NCBI GenBank assembly: GCA_963818475.1
Contig: CAWFSF010000006.1
Span: 1,312,001 to 1,376,000, forward strand
Direction of reading: 5' to 3'
Length of the DNA stretch: 64,000 bases
Source: Nitrospirota bacterium
Lineage (GTDB): Bacteria > Nitrospirota > UBA9217
The notes under the pieces are model-generated. The model was given only the letters and a program-made list of their open reading frames with translations. It was not told the DNA's origin and searched no databases. Positions 32,751 through 42,589 of this stretch are shown here, in pieces (the first letter of the stretch is position 1; each line of letters begins with the position of its first letter). The translations under genes were made by a program, and so were the position numbers.

Positions 32751-32939
32751 TCGTTAAAAAAGCATTTGGACACGGATAAACACGGGTAAGAGCCGGATAC
32801 CAGAAGTAGGCGCTTCTAAGCGACGGCGGATTATTTTTTTATAAGAGGTTCACCCAATAGGTGAATGCTTTGCTTTAGAATTTATCCGCGTTAATCAGAT
32901 GTTTCCGATTCTTCCGTGTCCAAATGCCGTTTTTAGGAT
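32750..32939. mobile_element. MITE-like inverted-repeat element
   Basis: gcatttggacacgga pairs with tccgtgtccaaatgc; ends gtttttaggat like 24176 and 10396. Confidence 0.55.
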
Positions 32940-32947
32940 GATCGTTT

Positions 32948-33352
32948 TTACTGCCGTTCTAGCGCCCTGCGTCTTACCAGGAGGAGCAGCAGCAAAAGCA
33001 AAGCCAGAAGAAGCAGCATAAGAGGGTTGGGCAAGAGGCCCTTTTCCTGTTGAAGCGCCTGCACGGGAAGGGGTATTGCCGCCGCCTGCACCGGCTGCGG
33101 CATTTCGACCTGCTCCTCTTGGACCGATGCAACAGGAGGCTCTGCAGCGACACGTTGCTTTTTCTTCACTTTCTTTGCCACCCGTATCGGTTTTCCATAC
33201 TTGTCATGCAAATGGTACTCGCTGAAAAGCAGCTCCCATTTTTCGCACCCTTTGTAACACTTGTGCCCGCCGACCGAATCGGTCTTCCCCGGATGGGACC
33301 AGGCCAGGATAGGTAAAATGAAGATCAGCAGTGCCAGAAAGAGTGTTTTCAT
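32948..33352 (-). CDS. YHYH-like secreted/membrane-anchored protein
   Basis: Signal peptide, HPGKTDSVGGHKC..EYHLH, C-terminal TM plus RRR. Confidence 0.7.
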   Translation of the reverse strand: MKTLFLALLIFILPILAWSHPGKTDSVGGHKCYKGCEKWELLFSEYHLHDKYGKPIRVAKKVKKKQRVAAEPPVASVQEEQVEMPQPVQAAAIPLPVQALQQEKGLLPNPLMLLLLALLLLLLLLVRRRALERQ

Positions 33353-33421
33353 TCGTCGAGTGTAACCCATCGACCTGCAGGTGTCAAACCGATACAAAAG
33401 CTGAAAATACCGTCTTTTTTC

Positions 33422-33450
33422 TTGACAATAACAGCCCCTGATGTTAAATT
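33422..33450 (+). promoter_or_regulatory. Sigma70 promoter of tRNA-Ala
   Basis: TTGACA-N17-TAAATT with TG extension. Confidence 0.7.
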
Positions 33451-33482
33451 ATCCACCTCGTTGCACCGGTTTCAGCATCAAT

Positions 33483-33558
33483 GGGGCTGTAGCTCAGCTG
33501 GGAGAGCACAAGGCTGGCAGTCTTGGGGTCAGGGGTTCGATCCCCCTCAGCTCCACCA
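33483..33558 (+). tRNA. tRNA-Ala(GGC)
   Basis: GGGGCTGTAGCTCAGCTGGGAGAGC..CAAGG-CTGGCAG-TCTTG..GGTTCGATCCC..CTCCACCA, 76 nt, G3-U70 pair. Confidence 0.97.
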
Positions 33559-33727
33559 AGAAAATAACAAAAGGCTGGTCATCATTGACCGGCCTTTTTT
33601 ATTGCGTGGAGGGGGATCGAACCAAGGGAGTTTGAGGGAAAGGATTTCCCTCATGCTTCGGGGGAGCACCGAGGGGGCTGGTCCCCTCGGAAGCGAAGCG
33701 CGTGAGATTTCCCCCTCAGCTCCACCA
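33559..33727 (+). repeat. tRNA-tail module copy 1 (terminator, structured core, duplicated tRNA 3' end)
   Basis: Near-identical core at 41569-41686, partial copy at 42807-42890. Confidence 0.85.
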
Positions 33728-33740
33728 AGAATACAAAGGG

Positions 33741-34013
33741 TTAGCTCATCAGAGCTAGCCCTTTTCCATTTGATTGTGCTAATTCTGTGCTAATCCTGTC
33801 CAAGACCTCCACACCACTTCGCAAACTCTCGGGACAATGATGCGAATAACGCTGCGTCATCTTGATGTCCTTATGTCCGAGCAGTTTTGAAATCATGTAA
33901 AGGTCTATCCCCGCTTGCGCCAGCCTCGTTGCGAACGTATGGCGAAGGTCATGAAACTTGAAATCTGTGATCTTGGCACGTTTAACAGCATTGTAGTATG
34001 CCCTCATTAGATT
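33741..34013 (-). pseudogene. Tyrosine integrase C-terminal remnant
   Basis: FHDLRHTFATRL..LLGHKDIKMTQRY; N-terminal part absent. Confidence 0.9.
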
Positions 34014-34018
34014 TATTC

Positions 34019-34426
34019 TCAGAATCTTTTAACCAAATTTTCTTTAGGCCAGGCGAACACACGTGTATAAAACAATCTGCTTGCGTCAGGTAGCTTCTGA
34101 TATAAACCCTCTAAATCTTCAAAGAGTTTCTTTGGCTCCCGCTTTAAGCGTTCTTCAAAATTATCAAAAACCCGTAACAGTTCATAAGCGCCTAATTCCT
34201 TCATGACGTAGGGATCTTTCACCAGTGTTCTTATACCATCATCAGGATTGATCGATTTTTCTCGATCAGCACTGCGAATCCGTTCTTGAATAGCGTCAGG
34301 GAAAACTAGACGCTTTTCTTCAGAGGCTTTTTTTATATCGTTGATATAAACGAGAAACCTTTTGACCATCAAGTCAAACTCTGGGCCAATTATTTCCTTC
34401 CATCTATCGCGGTTTATATGAGTCAT
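34019..34426 (-). CDS. Hypothetical protein
   Basis: 135-aa ORF in AT-rich DNA, codirectional with and just downstream of the REase. Confidence 0.6.
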   Translation of the reverse strand: MTHINRDRWKEIIGPEFDLMVKRFLVYINDIKKASEEKRLVFPDAIQERIRSADREKSINPDDGIRTLVKDPYVMKELGAYELLRVFDNFEERLKREPKKLFEDLEGLYQKLPDASRLFYTRVFAWPKENLVKRF

Positions 34427-34459
34427 AATTTGAATTTATCATACGCAGACTAATGAATA

Positions 34460-35071
34460 TCAACGTTTTGCCCGTCCGTCAGTTCCCTTTGGTATTTTGG
34501 GGACATTAAAACTGACTTCATCATGCTCAACAACTATTATTCTCAAGGCTCCCTTTATCCCAGGCAAATTTTTCCAGAGAGGGAAATATGGCCTGAGTTC
34601 TCCAATATTTCCTATTCGATCAGTAAGGTAAACCTTGAGAGCATCACTTGGAACCACAAGAAAACTACCAAGCGTGTTGGTCTCCTGCATAGCTAAAAAA
34701 AGTTTATTTAGTGCGCGATGACTTGACGATATATTACCCGTCTCCCATTCAAAAGCTATGAAACCATCATTGGTGATTTTGAGCGCATCAAGATCGCCAG
34801 TTCCAAGTACAGAAGATCCAATATTAGGCAAATCTTCGATCACCCAGCCAGATTTCCTTAATGCTTCAATACATGGTAGCTTTATAGGCTTTACACCGTT
34901 CCCTTTGCCTGTTTTCTTCCCAGATTCAGGGTATATAGTAAATTTTCCGGATCCATGCGGCCAGTCTGTTGCTTTAATGGCTGCACTAACTTCTTGCCAA
35001 GCAGCAATAAGCGTGGCTGAGCCAGTAAACAGCCTTGGATTAAGTATGTCGTGTTGCTCAACAATTCTCAT
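34460..35071 (-). CDS. Type II restriction endonuclease, BamHI family
   Basis: GNGVKPIK, DLDA..FEWETGNISSSHRALNK, YLTDRIGN..EL.PYF, IPKGTDGRA. Confidence 0.9.
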   Translation of the reverse strand: MRIVEQHDILNPRLFTGSATLIAAWQEVSAAIKATDWPHGSGKFTIYPESGKKTGKGNGVKPIKLPCIEALRKSGWVIEDLPNIGSSVLGTGDLDALKITNDGFIAFEWETGNISSSHRALNKLFLAMQETNTLGSFLVVPSDALKVYLTDRIGNIGELRPYFPLWKNLPGIKGALRIIVVEHDEVSFNVPKIPKGTDGRAKR

Positions 35072-35319
35072 TTATTACCCTTCCTTGAGACCTCGACCAA
35101 CTGCGCTTCAACCTCTGCAATTATTCCGCTAGCTTTTACACCAAGAACACTAGAAATTTGAAGTAAGGTGGTGAGAGAAGGCTGACGCAATCCCCGCTCA
35201 AGTAGCGAAATGAATGTGCGATCGAGTCCGCCTTCAAGCGCAAGACGTTCTTGTGATAACCCTTTTTTTGTTCTTAATTTTCGGAGAACAACGCCAAAGG
35301 CTTCTTCAGGTTTTAGCAA
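35068..35319 (-). CDS. RM controller (C) protein, XRE HTH
   Basis: LSQERLAL..LDRTFISLLERGLRQPSL; overlaps REase start; TTG start with GGAGG. Confidence 0.9.
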   Translation of the reverse strand: MLKPEEAFGVVLRKLRTKKGLSQERLALEGGLDRTFISLLERGLRQPSLTTLLQISSVLGVKASGIIAEVEAQLVEVSRKGNK

Positions 35320-35358
35320 TGCAGCCTCCTTTCAATAATGTGTCGAAGTTACAGTGAT

Positions 35359-35390
35359 TGAAGACTATAGTCTACGGACTATAGTCTTCA
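35359..35390. promoter_or_regulatory. C-box operator pair
   Basis: TGAA-GACTATAGTC-TACG-GACTATAGTC-TTCA between divergent C-R and M genes. Confidence 0.85.
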
Positions 35391-35448
35391 TATTTGTTTT
35401 CAAATATGTTATAGTTGCCCAAGTGATTAAAATGTAAAGAGGTGGCAG

Positions 35449-36705
35449 ATGGGATATTCAAATCAGTTTTTCAAGGCAATTAACGTCAACCCTCAATCTA
35501 AGTCTGACCTACAATCTTTTTCCAACAAGACTGGAATTCCCGTAGATCGGCTCAAGTACTACAACGAAATGAACGTATTACCTAACGGCAAGGATTTAGA
35601 GACAATCACGAAAGCATGTAATGTAACAGAAATTGATCTAATGCTGAATATGGGCAGACTTGACCTAACTCTACTGAATGCCATTCAGAGTAACTCAAAA
35701 AAAATATCCGAACTTATCAAAAAAAACTACAATAGAGAAGAGATTCAAACAAAAGCTCCCAAAATTGCCCTTCAAACATCATATGGTACGCTCTATCAAG
35801 GTGATTGCTTAAGCGTCACTAAGACAATGAAAAGCGAATCCGTAGATTTTATTTTTGCCGACCCGCCTTTCAACCTCAACAAATTGTATCCTTCCAACAT
35901 TGATGACAACCTAAAAACCGAGATTTATCTCCATTGGTGTCAAGAATGGCTTCACGAGTGTGTGCGCGTACTTAAGCACGGTGGGTCTTTTTTCCTCTGG
36001 AATCTCCCCCGCTGGAACTCAGCCTTATCTGGATACCTTGGAAACTATCTAACATTTCGTCACTGGATAGCTGTAGATATCAAATACACACTTCCAATAT
36101 CAGGGAGATTATATCCCTCACACTATTCTCTGCTTTACTATATTAAAGGCAGCAAAGCCAAAACTTTTCACCCTGATAGGTTGCCAATGCTTACTTGCCC
36201 AAAGTGCTACGGCGATCTTAAAGATTATGGTGGATATAAAGATAAAATGAATGTTAAGGGTGTTAACCTATGCGATATTTGGACTGATATCCCTCCTGTT
36301 AGACATGCCAAATATAAACGTAGAGAAGGAGCAAATGAACTGTCGTTAAAACTTATGGATAGAATTATTGAAATGTCCACCGATGAAGGAGATACCGTTT
36401 TTGATCCCTTTGGGGGATCTGGGACAACATATATGGCGGCAGAACTCAAAGGAAGAAATTGGATAGGGTGCGAAATTGGCCCAGCGAAAGACATTAAAAA
36501 TAGATTTTTGAGGATAGAAGAAGAAAGAAAAATCCTTGCAGATTACAGGTCAAGACTAAACAAGTTGTTTCCAGATGACGTACGCAAGAAGCGTATTGAA
36601 TGTGATCTCTGGGTTTATGAATCGTTCCAAAGAAACGTACCCAAAGAGCCGGCAATTACTCATCGAGAAAAACCAACAAATAAACAAGTATACAAGAGAA
36701 AATAA
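35449..36705 (+). CDS. Amino-DNA methyltransferase, beta class (M.BamHI-like, probably m4C)
   Basis: FADPPFN precedes FDPFGGSGTT; divergent from the BamHI-like REase. Confidence 0.9.
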   Translation: MGYSNQFFKAINVNPQSKSDLQSFSNKTGIPVDRLKYYNEMNVLPNGKDLETITKACNVTEIDLMLNMGRLDLTLLNAIQSNSKKISELIKKNYNREEIQTKAPKIALQTSYGTLYQGDCLSVTKTMKSESVDFIFADPPFNLNKLYPSNIDDNLKTEIYLHWCQEWLHECVRVLKHGGSFFLWNLPRWNSALSGYLGNYLTFRHWIAVDIKYTLPISGRLYPSHYSLLYYIKGSKAKTFHPDRLPMLTCPKCYGDLKDYGGYKDKMNVKGVNLCDIWTDIPPVRHAKYKRREGANELSLKLMDRIIEMSTDEGDTVFDPFGGSGTTYMAAELKGRNWIGCEIGPAKDIKNRFLRIEEERKILADYRSRLNKLFPDDVRKKRIECDLWVYESFQRNVPKEPAITHREKPTNKQVYKRK

Positions 36706-36930
36706 ACCTAAACCAGCTACGCTAAACGCTGACCGTGCCATAGATCCTCGCAGACAGCAGGCTTCGCATGAAGTGGCTTGCTGCCTCAGCCAGGCAGTAA
36801 TTAATGCGCCTCGCTGAGTGCAGCAATCATTAAAAGGTTTATCTGTTTGACACAACCTAAATAAAAATGCTACCCTACCGAGAATTAATAGAGCTTCAGA
36901 TGAATCTAGTTTTGACTGTTGAGGGAGATA

Positions 36931-38702
36931 ATGACAACTAAAAATAAGCTCACGTTTCAAAGTTACCTTAAGCAGGATACCGAATATAGTAAATTCGGGA
37001 AGAATAATGTAGCAATTTTCGCCCTCGCAATGTATTTAGGAATTGACGAGATTGATGAATTTATGGCAAATTCTTGGACTGAAGATGATGATGATAAAAA
37101 AATAGATTTATTCTACATTGATCTAAACGAATCTCGGGCAGCAATAGTCCAAGTTTACATAGCAGATAAATTTGGCAAACAAGCTGCGCCAGCAAATAAA
37201 GCAAGTGACTTGAACACAGCATGTTCATGGATATTTTCAGCTAATGAAAAAAATATCCCAAAAAAAATACGAGCAAAATCCATTGAATTAAGAAATGCGA
37301 TTATTGGTCGAGAAATCGAAAGGATTGACTTTCTATATGTACACAATTGTGCGGAATCACTTAACGTAGAAAATGAACTCAGAACAGTAGCAGATGGCGC
37401 AAGAGATCAAATAATCGCATTAACCGGAAAGAAGACACTCGATGTGCAACTTAACTATAAAGAAATTGGCATAAAAACAATTGAGGATCTATACAAATCC
37501 AGAGATAAGGAGATTCTCGTAGAGGATGTTTTGCGCTTGCCCAAAAGAAACTACATTGTCGAAAAAGGTAAGGGATGGAAAGCAGTCCACTTAGCGATAA
37601 CCGGTGACTGGATAAGAAAGCTTTACTTGCATAATGGCGACAATTTGTTTAGTGCTAATTACAGGGACTACCTAGGATCTTTTAAAAGGAAAGGTAATAT
37701 AAATTTCGAAATTACACAGACTGCAGATAAAGAACCGAAGAGTTTTTGGGTGTACAACAACGGAATAACAGCCTTAACTAACAAGATTACTTTAGTAAAA
37801 AACCACATTGAAATGCACGGTTTGTCAATCATTAATGGCGCCCAGACAACAGGATCCATTGGCGTGGTATCTGAAAAAAAGGCAAAAGCTTTAAAAGTAT
37901 CATTTAGAGTAGTTGAATGCGGCGACAAAGAAACCGTAAATAAAATAATTAAATACAATAATACTCAGAATGAAATTAAAGCATTCGACAAAAGAAGCAA
38001 TGATCCGATACAGAAAAGACTCTCGAAGGATTTCAAACAATACTCCATAAACTATATTCACAGAAGAAACCAAATTCGTTCAACCAAGAACGCAATTACT
38101 GCAGTTTCAATAGGACCAGCCTTATGTTCTTTTCATGGCGACCCAAATACTGCCTACAGGCAAGCAAAAGATATTTTTTTGCAAGATGATATTTATACAC
38201 GTGTATTTAAAGATTTTATCACAGCAGAACACATTTTCTTATTAAAGAGCCTAAGTGTTGCTTTTGATCATTACAAAGAATACTTAAACGGTCGGGTGAA
38301 AAGGGATGAAGCAACCGACTTAGATAAGGATCAACAAGATTTTCTTAAATATTCTGCGTCCAAAATATTTCTTTATTACGCAATCGGACGGCTTGCAGAA
38401 ACAATATTAAATAAAAAAGTGACTAACCTATATAGTTGGAAAGCGAAGCCAGAAGTAGTCTCACCTGAAAATGGATCTCTTTGCCCAGGCATGGGTAGAG
38501 GTTATTTACCAAACAATATTGCCGCAGATCATTTTTGTTATCAGAGAAACGTAAATCAGATTTTACAAATCCTTTCTATGAAGTCCCAAGAAGTATAGAG
38601 CAGTCAAAGCTAGTAGGAGATGAATTAAAAGCCTTGCTAGCATCTCAATTGCCAATTTTAGGGAAGCAATTTGAGAACATAAGGAAACGGTCAACTTTAT
38701 AG
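36931..38702 (+). CDS. AIPR-family protein (indels near 3' end)
   Basis: LFSANYRDYLG, FWVYNNGITAL, IINGAQT, NNTQNEI. Confidence 0.88.
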
Positions 38703-38869
38703 CCCAGCAAACATAGAGGGACATCTGTTCTTACAATGTTTCGGTTTTGATTCTATTTTTGTGAGACCTTAAGGACGTTTTGTCCGAAGTGGATTTACGT
38801 ACCGGAGTCTTTTAAAGCGCTATCCAAGCAAAACCGTAACACTGACAACAAAAAGGTGAGATTCGCCCT

Positions 38870-39499
38870 ATGAGCTACGACGAAGATGATGCTGCTCGTG
38901 ATAACTTTTACGATCAAATTAGCGAGGAATTGTACCCGGATCACAAGCTTCAGGCGATAGAAGAGTTCACCGCCGACCGACTGCTTTCTTTCTACATACA
39001 GCATCCAACTGTAATGCTGCAGGCCATTGATGCACTACAGGAAGGGAAAACATTACTTGAATTGAAACGGTATTCAGCTGCAGTTGTTTTTTTTGTGTCC
39101 GCTGTTGAGTTGCTGTTAAAGGCTACGTTACTCAAACCGGTTGTTTACGGACTTGTCCATCATGAAGCGTTGGCCGACATAATTGTTCAACACGCATTAG
39201 GCCAAACTGGATTCGACCGCTACGAAAGTTTATTGGCTAATCTCTTTACACGCTTAGCTAAAATGGATTTAAGCGCTATTTATCGAGAGGGTTCAACTGA
39301 GAAGCTGCTCGAAGAAAGCAAACGGCTACAGAAGCTCCGAAATAGGATAATTCACCAAGGCGCAAAGGCTACTGAAACTGAAGCAGATACAGCGCTTCTT
39401 GTTGCGGTTGCAACATACGAGAAGATTGTTGAACCTATGCTCCATGCAATTGGTCTCAATGTTGGAGAAAAAGGCGTCATCAGTCCCTCATTATCGTAA
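38870..39499 (+). CDS. Hypothetical protein with HEPN-like motif
   Basis: SAAVVFFVSAVELLLK and LRNRIIH (Rx4H). Confidence 0.65.
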   Translation: MSYDEDDAARDNFYDQISEELYPDHKLQAIEEFTADRLLSFYIQHPTVMLQAIDALQEGKTLLELKRYSAAVVFFVSAVELLLKATLLKPVVYGLVHHEALADIIVQHALGQTGFDRYESLLANLFTRLAKMDLSAIYREGSTEKLLEESKRLQKLRNRIIHQGAKATETEADTALLVAVATYEKIVEPMLHAIGLNVGEKGVISPSLS

Positions 39500-39515
39500 A
39501 GAAAGCGTAAATAAG

Positions 39516-40190
39516 ATGATACCTGCATATACCTACAGTGACATTCTGCAACAACTTAACAACGATTTGGAAGACGCCCAAGACAAAGTGCAATTGGTAG
39601 GTTTAATATTTTCCAGGCCTCCATCAGAAATTGCAAAAGATCACATCATCCCCTCTCTTAGATATTTCCATATACGCTCAGGTCAAAATGTCTCTTTCTT
39701 CTTCGCAGGATTTCGCCCTGATGATACAGTACGTAACGTCCATGAATACCAAATCCCTGGTCCAAATGGATACTGGATATTTGACGAAATACACTTTAAT
39801 CAATTAAGATCAGAAATTGAACAGCTAACGGCATGGAGATATAGCGGTGGCAATGACTTCATTCTAGCAACTGGCAGATATAATAAGAGCAAAAGAAGGA
39901 CCTACATTGACTTTACGGATGCAATTGTAATCAACCTAGAAAAACTATTAAAAGATAATAGTCTTCCAACGATAGCCATGTTATTTGAAAAAATATTCAG
40001 CTTTGCAGAGGATGCTGATCCAAATCACCCGATATGGGATTTTAGTGATAAAATGGGACTATCTTTAGGTCGCGGTGCAATCAAAGGATTAATCCTTTCT
40101 TTATTGCCAGAGTCAGTGCGCAGCCATTTCAAGTCAGCCTTTCACTATGCTGTTCAAAATATAACGCCAGAAGATATTGTCAAACATTGA
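39516..40190 (+). CDS. Hypothetical protein
   Basis: 224-aa ORF starting 16 bp after the HEPN-like gene; no family recognised. Confidence 0.7.
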   Translation: MIPAYTYSDILQQLNNDLEDAQDKVQLVGLIFSRPPSEIAKDHIIPSLRYFHIRSGQNVSFFFAGFRPDDTVRNVHEYQIPGPNGYWIFDEIHFNQLRSEIEQLTAWRYSGGNDFILATGRYNKSKRRTYIDFTDAIVINLEKLLKDNSLPTIAMLFEKIFSFAEDADPNHPIWDFSDKMGLSLGRGAIKGLILSLLPESVRSHFKSAFHYAVQNITPEDIVKH

Positions 40191-40363
40191 CAAAAAAGAA
40201 AATATAGTGAATTAATTAATCCTTCTAAGTCTTGGCGTACTACCTGCGATACTTTAGGGGACGTTGTGTCCGAAATGGACTTAGTTTGCAACATAGGAAA
40301 TAAGCATCCTGCAAAAGTTTTCTTTCTTGAACATGATCAAATGACACAAAGGAGTATTCTCGA

Positions 40364-41288
40364 TTGAGCTTAACCTCTTTTCTTAGAAATAAAGACGTTA
40401 AGGAAAAATTTCATCAACAATTTCAGCGACCGAAGATAACTGAAGTAAGGGAACTGCTCGCCCCACCTCTTACAGAAAAATATAACTTAGTTGGAACAGG
40501 TTTTGACTACTTATTACGTTTTTGCCTAATGCACCAAAATTCACACGCCATAGCGTTTTTGAATGGATAGCCGAAAAAGCACTCAAATCACCACTACTAT
40601 TAATTCCATTGTCATCACAGGTTACCTATGCCATTGTAAAAGGAAAAGTTACCCATACTGTGAATAATGAGACTTTAACAATGGCAGAAGAAGATCGTTT
40701 TTGAAGCAAAGAAGAATTACTCAACATTCCTGCAAACTGGTGAAATAAACAATTCAATACTCAAATCGGCCTTGCTTCTCGCACAACTCGACCCTTTATA
40801 CAGGGGAAGTTATTTAGACGAGGAATTGGGAAATGTTGACAAGAAGGACATCAAGGATTTAAAAAACATCATCAAGTGTGTAGACTTAAAACAGTTTAAA
40901 TCTAAGAAAGTATGCTTATTAAATCCATCGTTCGGGGAAAGCTTCCACACTAGTTGGAAAAGCAGACGCAGACCTGGTAATTGATGATTTACTGATAGAT
41001 ATAAAAACGACTAAAGAAATAAAATTCCATTCTGTAGAATTTTATCAACTCCTCGGATACTATATTTTGACACGGCTAGGACGTCTTGAGGGGGCCCCAG
41101 CAGGACACAAAATAAAACGACTGGGGATATTTTACTCACGGTATAACTACTTATACGTAGTGAAAGTTAAAGACATAATTAATGAGGAATCCTTTCCATT
41201 ATTCATGGGATGGTTCGAAAAAAAAGCCAACCAAATATTAGAAGCACAAGCTAAAATTAATCCCTCGAAGTCTTGGCGTACTACCTGA
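40364..41288 (+). CDS. PD-(D/E)xK-like nuclease, split by several indels (may be a pseudogene)
   Basis: Fragments join to MSLTSFL..VGTGFDYLLRF..LAQLD..LNPSFG..ADADLVIDDLLIDIKTTK..YQLLGY. Confidence 0.6.
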
Positions 41289-41521
41289 GTCTGCTTTCAT
41301 TCAATAATCTTGTGCTCACCCTACCATTTTACTGTGCTAAAATTGTGCTAAAACGAATCCAAAAGGGCAAAATTATCGTAATAGACGGACTCATTGTAAT
41401 GCGTCCAAACCTTTGAATACCTGATTAAAACGGGAAACCAGGCGTAATGTCAAGGATTGTGTTTTACTTCTTCCCTCTGGCAGTCTTGGGGTCAGGGGTT
41501 CGATCCCCCTCAGCTCCACCA

Positions 41522-41686
41522 AGAATAAGCAAAAGGGTTGACCGAAAGGTCAGCCCTTTTTTGTTTTGGTGGAGGGGATCGAACCAAGGGAGTTTGAGGG
41601 AAGGATTCCCTCATGCTTCGGGGGAGTACCGAGGGGCTGGTCCCCTCGGAAGCGGAGCGCGTGAGATCTCCCCCTCAGCTCCACCA
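41522..41686 (+). repeat. tRNA-tail module copy 2
   Basis: Core matches 33606-33727; different first terminator. Confidence 0.85.
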
Positions 41687-41832
41687 AGAATACAAAGGGT
41701 TAGCTCTATGAGCTGACCCTTTTTCATTTGAGTGCGCTAAATTTGTGCTAATTAATTTTTCCAGAGTCTTGTGCTCACCCCTCAGCATCTGAATAGCGTT
41801 CGACGCCAGAAAACGGTGATTCAAATGTGGTA

Positions 41833-42129
41833 TTATGCGGCAACGAACTCGATCTTAACCTTCGTACCGGTCGCCTCGGCGATCTTCTCCAGCGTCTTGA
41901 GAGTAAAGCCTTCATACACACCGCTTTCGATTCGTGATACCGCCTGTTGACTGGTACCCATAAGCTTGGCCATTTGCTGTTGCGACAAACCTTTTTTCTC
42001 GCGTAACTTTGCAATCTTCATAGCGAGCATTAGCGCCTGCCGTTCTTCCTGATAATGCGCCTTAAACTCTGTGTCCTTGAGATCCTCGCGTAACCTGCTC
42101 CGAAATGTTCTCACTTTTTCTTTCTTCAT
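41833..42129 (-). CDS. HigA-like XRE antitoxin
   Basis: LREKKGLSQQQMAKLMGTSQQAVSRIESG; 4-bp overlap with toxin. Confidence 0.88.
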   Translation of the reverse strand: MKKEKVRTFRSRLREDLKDTEFKAHYQEERQALMLAMKIAKLREKKGLSQQQMAKLMGTSQQAVSRIESGVYEGFTLKTLEKIAEATGTKVKIEFVAA

Positions 42130-42497
42130 GATCCACCTCCTGCTGGAAAACGACTAATCCAGTCTTCCATGCGTTTTTCTGACAAATCAATGTCCTTTTC
42201 TTTCAATTGCTGCGTCTTCTTGGAAAAGGCGTGAACCAGAACAATCTGATCGCGAACGTGAAAGAAGTAAAGGACACGATATTGATTCGAGCTATAGTGA
42301 ATCCTCAATTCCCTGATTTTTCCTCTGACCACATCCGCATAGGGCCGTTTAAGATTCGGCCCTTCGTCCTCCAGGAGCGACAGGTAGGCAGCCACTTTAG
42401 CACGTGACTTCTTATCCAGCCCATCAAGAAATTCATCGATGGGTGAATCACCTCTGTCTGTTGTGTACAATATAAGATTGTACAATCGCTCCTCCAT
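42126..42497 (-). CDS. RelE/HigB-like (Gp49-type) toxin
   Basis: SPIDEFL, GPNLKRPY, IRELR, YRVLYF, LVHAFSKKTQ. Confidence 0.9.
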   Translation of the reverse strand: MEERLYNLILYTTDRGDSPIDEFLDGLDKKSRAKVAAYLSLLEDEGPNLKRPYADVVRGKIRELRIHYSSNQYRVLYFFHVRDQIVLVHAFSKKTQQLKEKDIDLSEKRMEDWISRFPAGGGS

Positions 42498-42508
42498 ACC
42501 ACACTTTC

Positions 42509-42537
42509 TTTATACATCATCTTTGATGTTATGTCAA
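42509..42537 (-). promoter_or_regulatory. TA promoter with operator
   Basis: TTGACA-N17-TATAAA on minus strand, ACATCA-N4-TGATGT in the spacer. Confidence 0.7.
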
Positions 42538-42589
42538 GCCGCTCTTTTCCCTGCAGGTTTAAGGAATTCATTGATATAGGTTGCGCCGG

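Larger units (their letters stand above)
33514..41525. mobile_element. Integrative island at tRNA-Ala(GGC), defective integrase
   Basis: 49-bp direct repeat 33514-33562 / 41477-41525 starting at the anticodon loop; AT-rich interior; integrase remnant. Confidence 0.88.

Noticed and set aside
34007-34012. TTAGAT as an integron cassette left end
   Set aside because: It reads as integrase codons (NLMRA) on the minus strand; probably chance
41477-41521. Second tRNA-Ala gene
   Set aside because: Only the 3' half from the anticodon loop is present; it is an att duplicate
33741-41525. Prophage
   Set aside because: No structural, packaging or replication genes; only an integrase remnant and defence cargo
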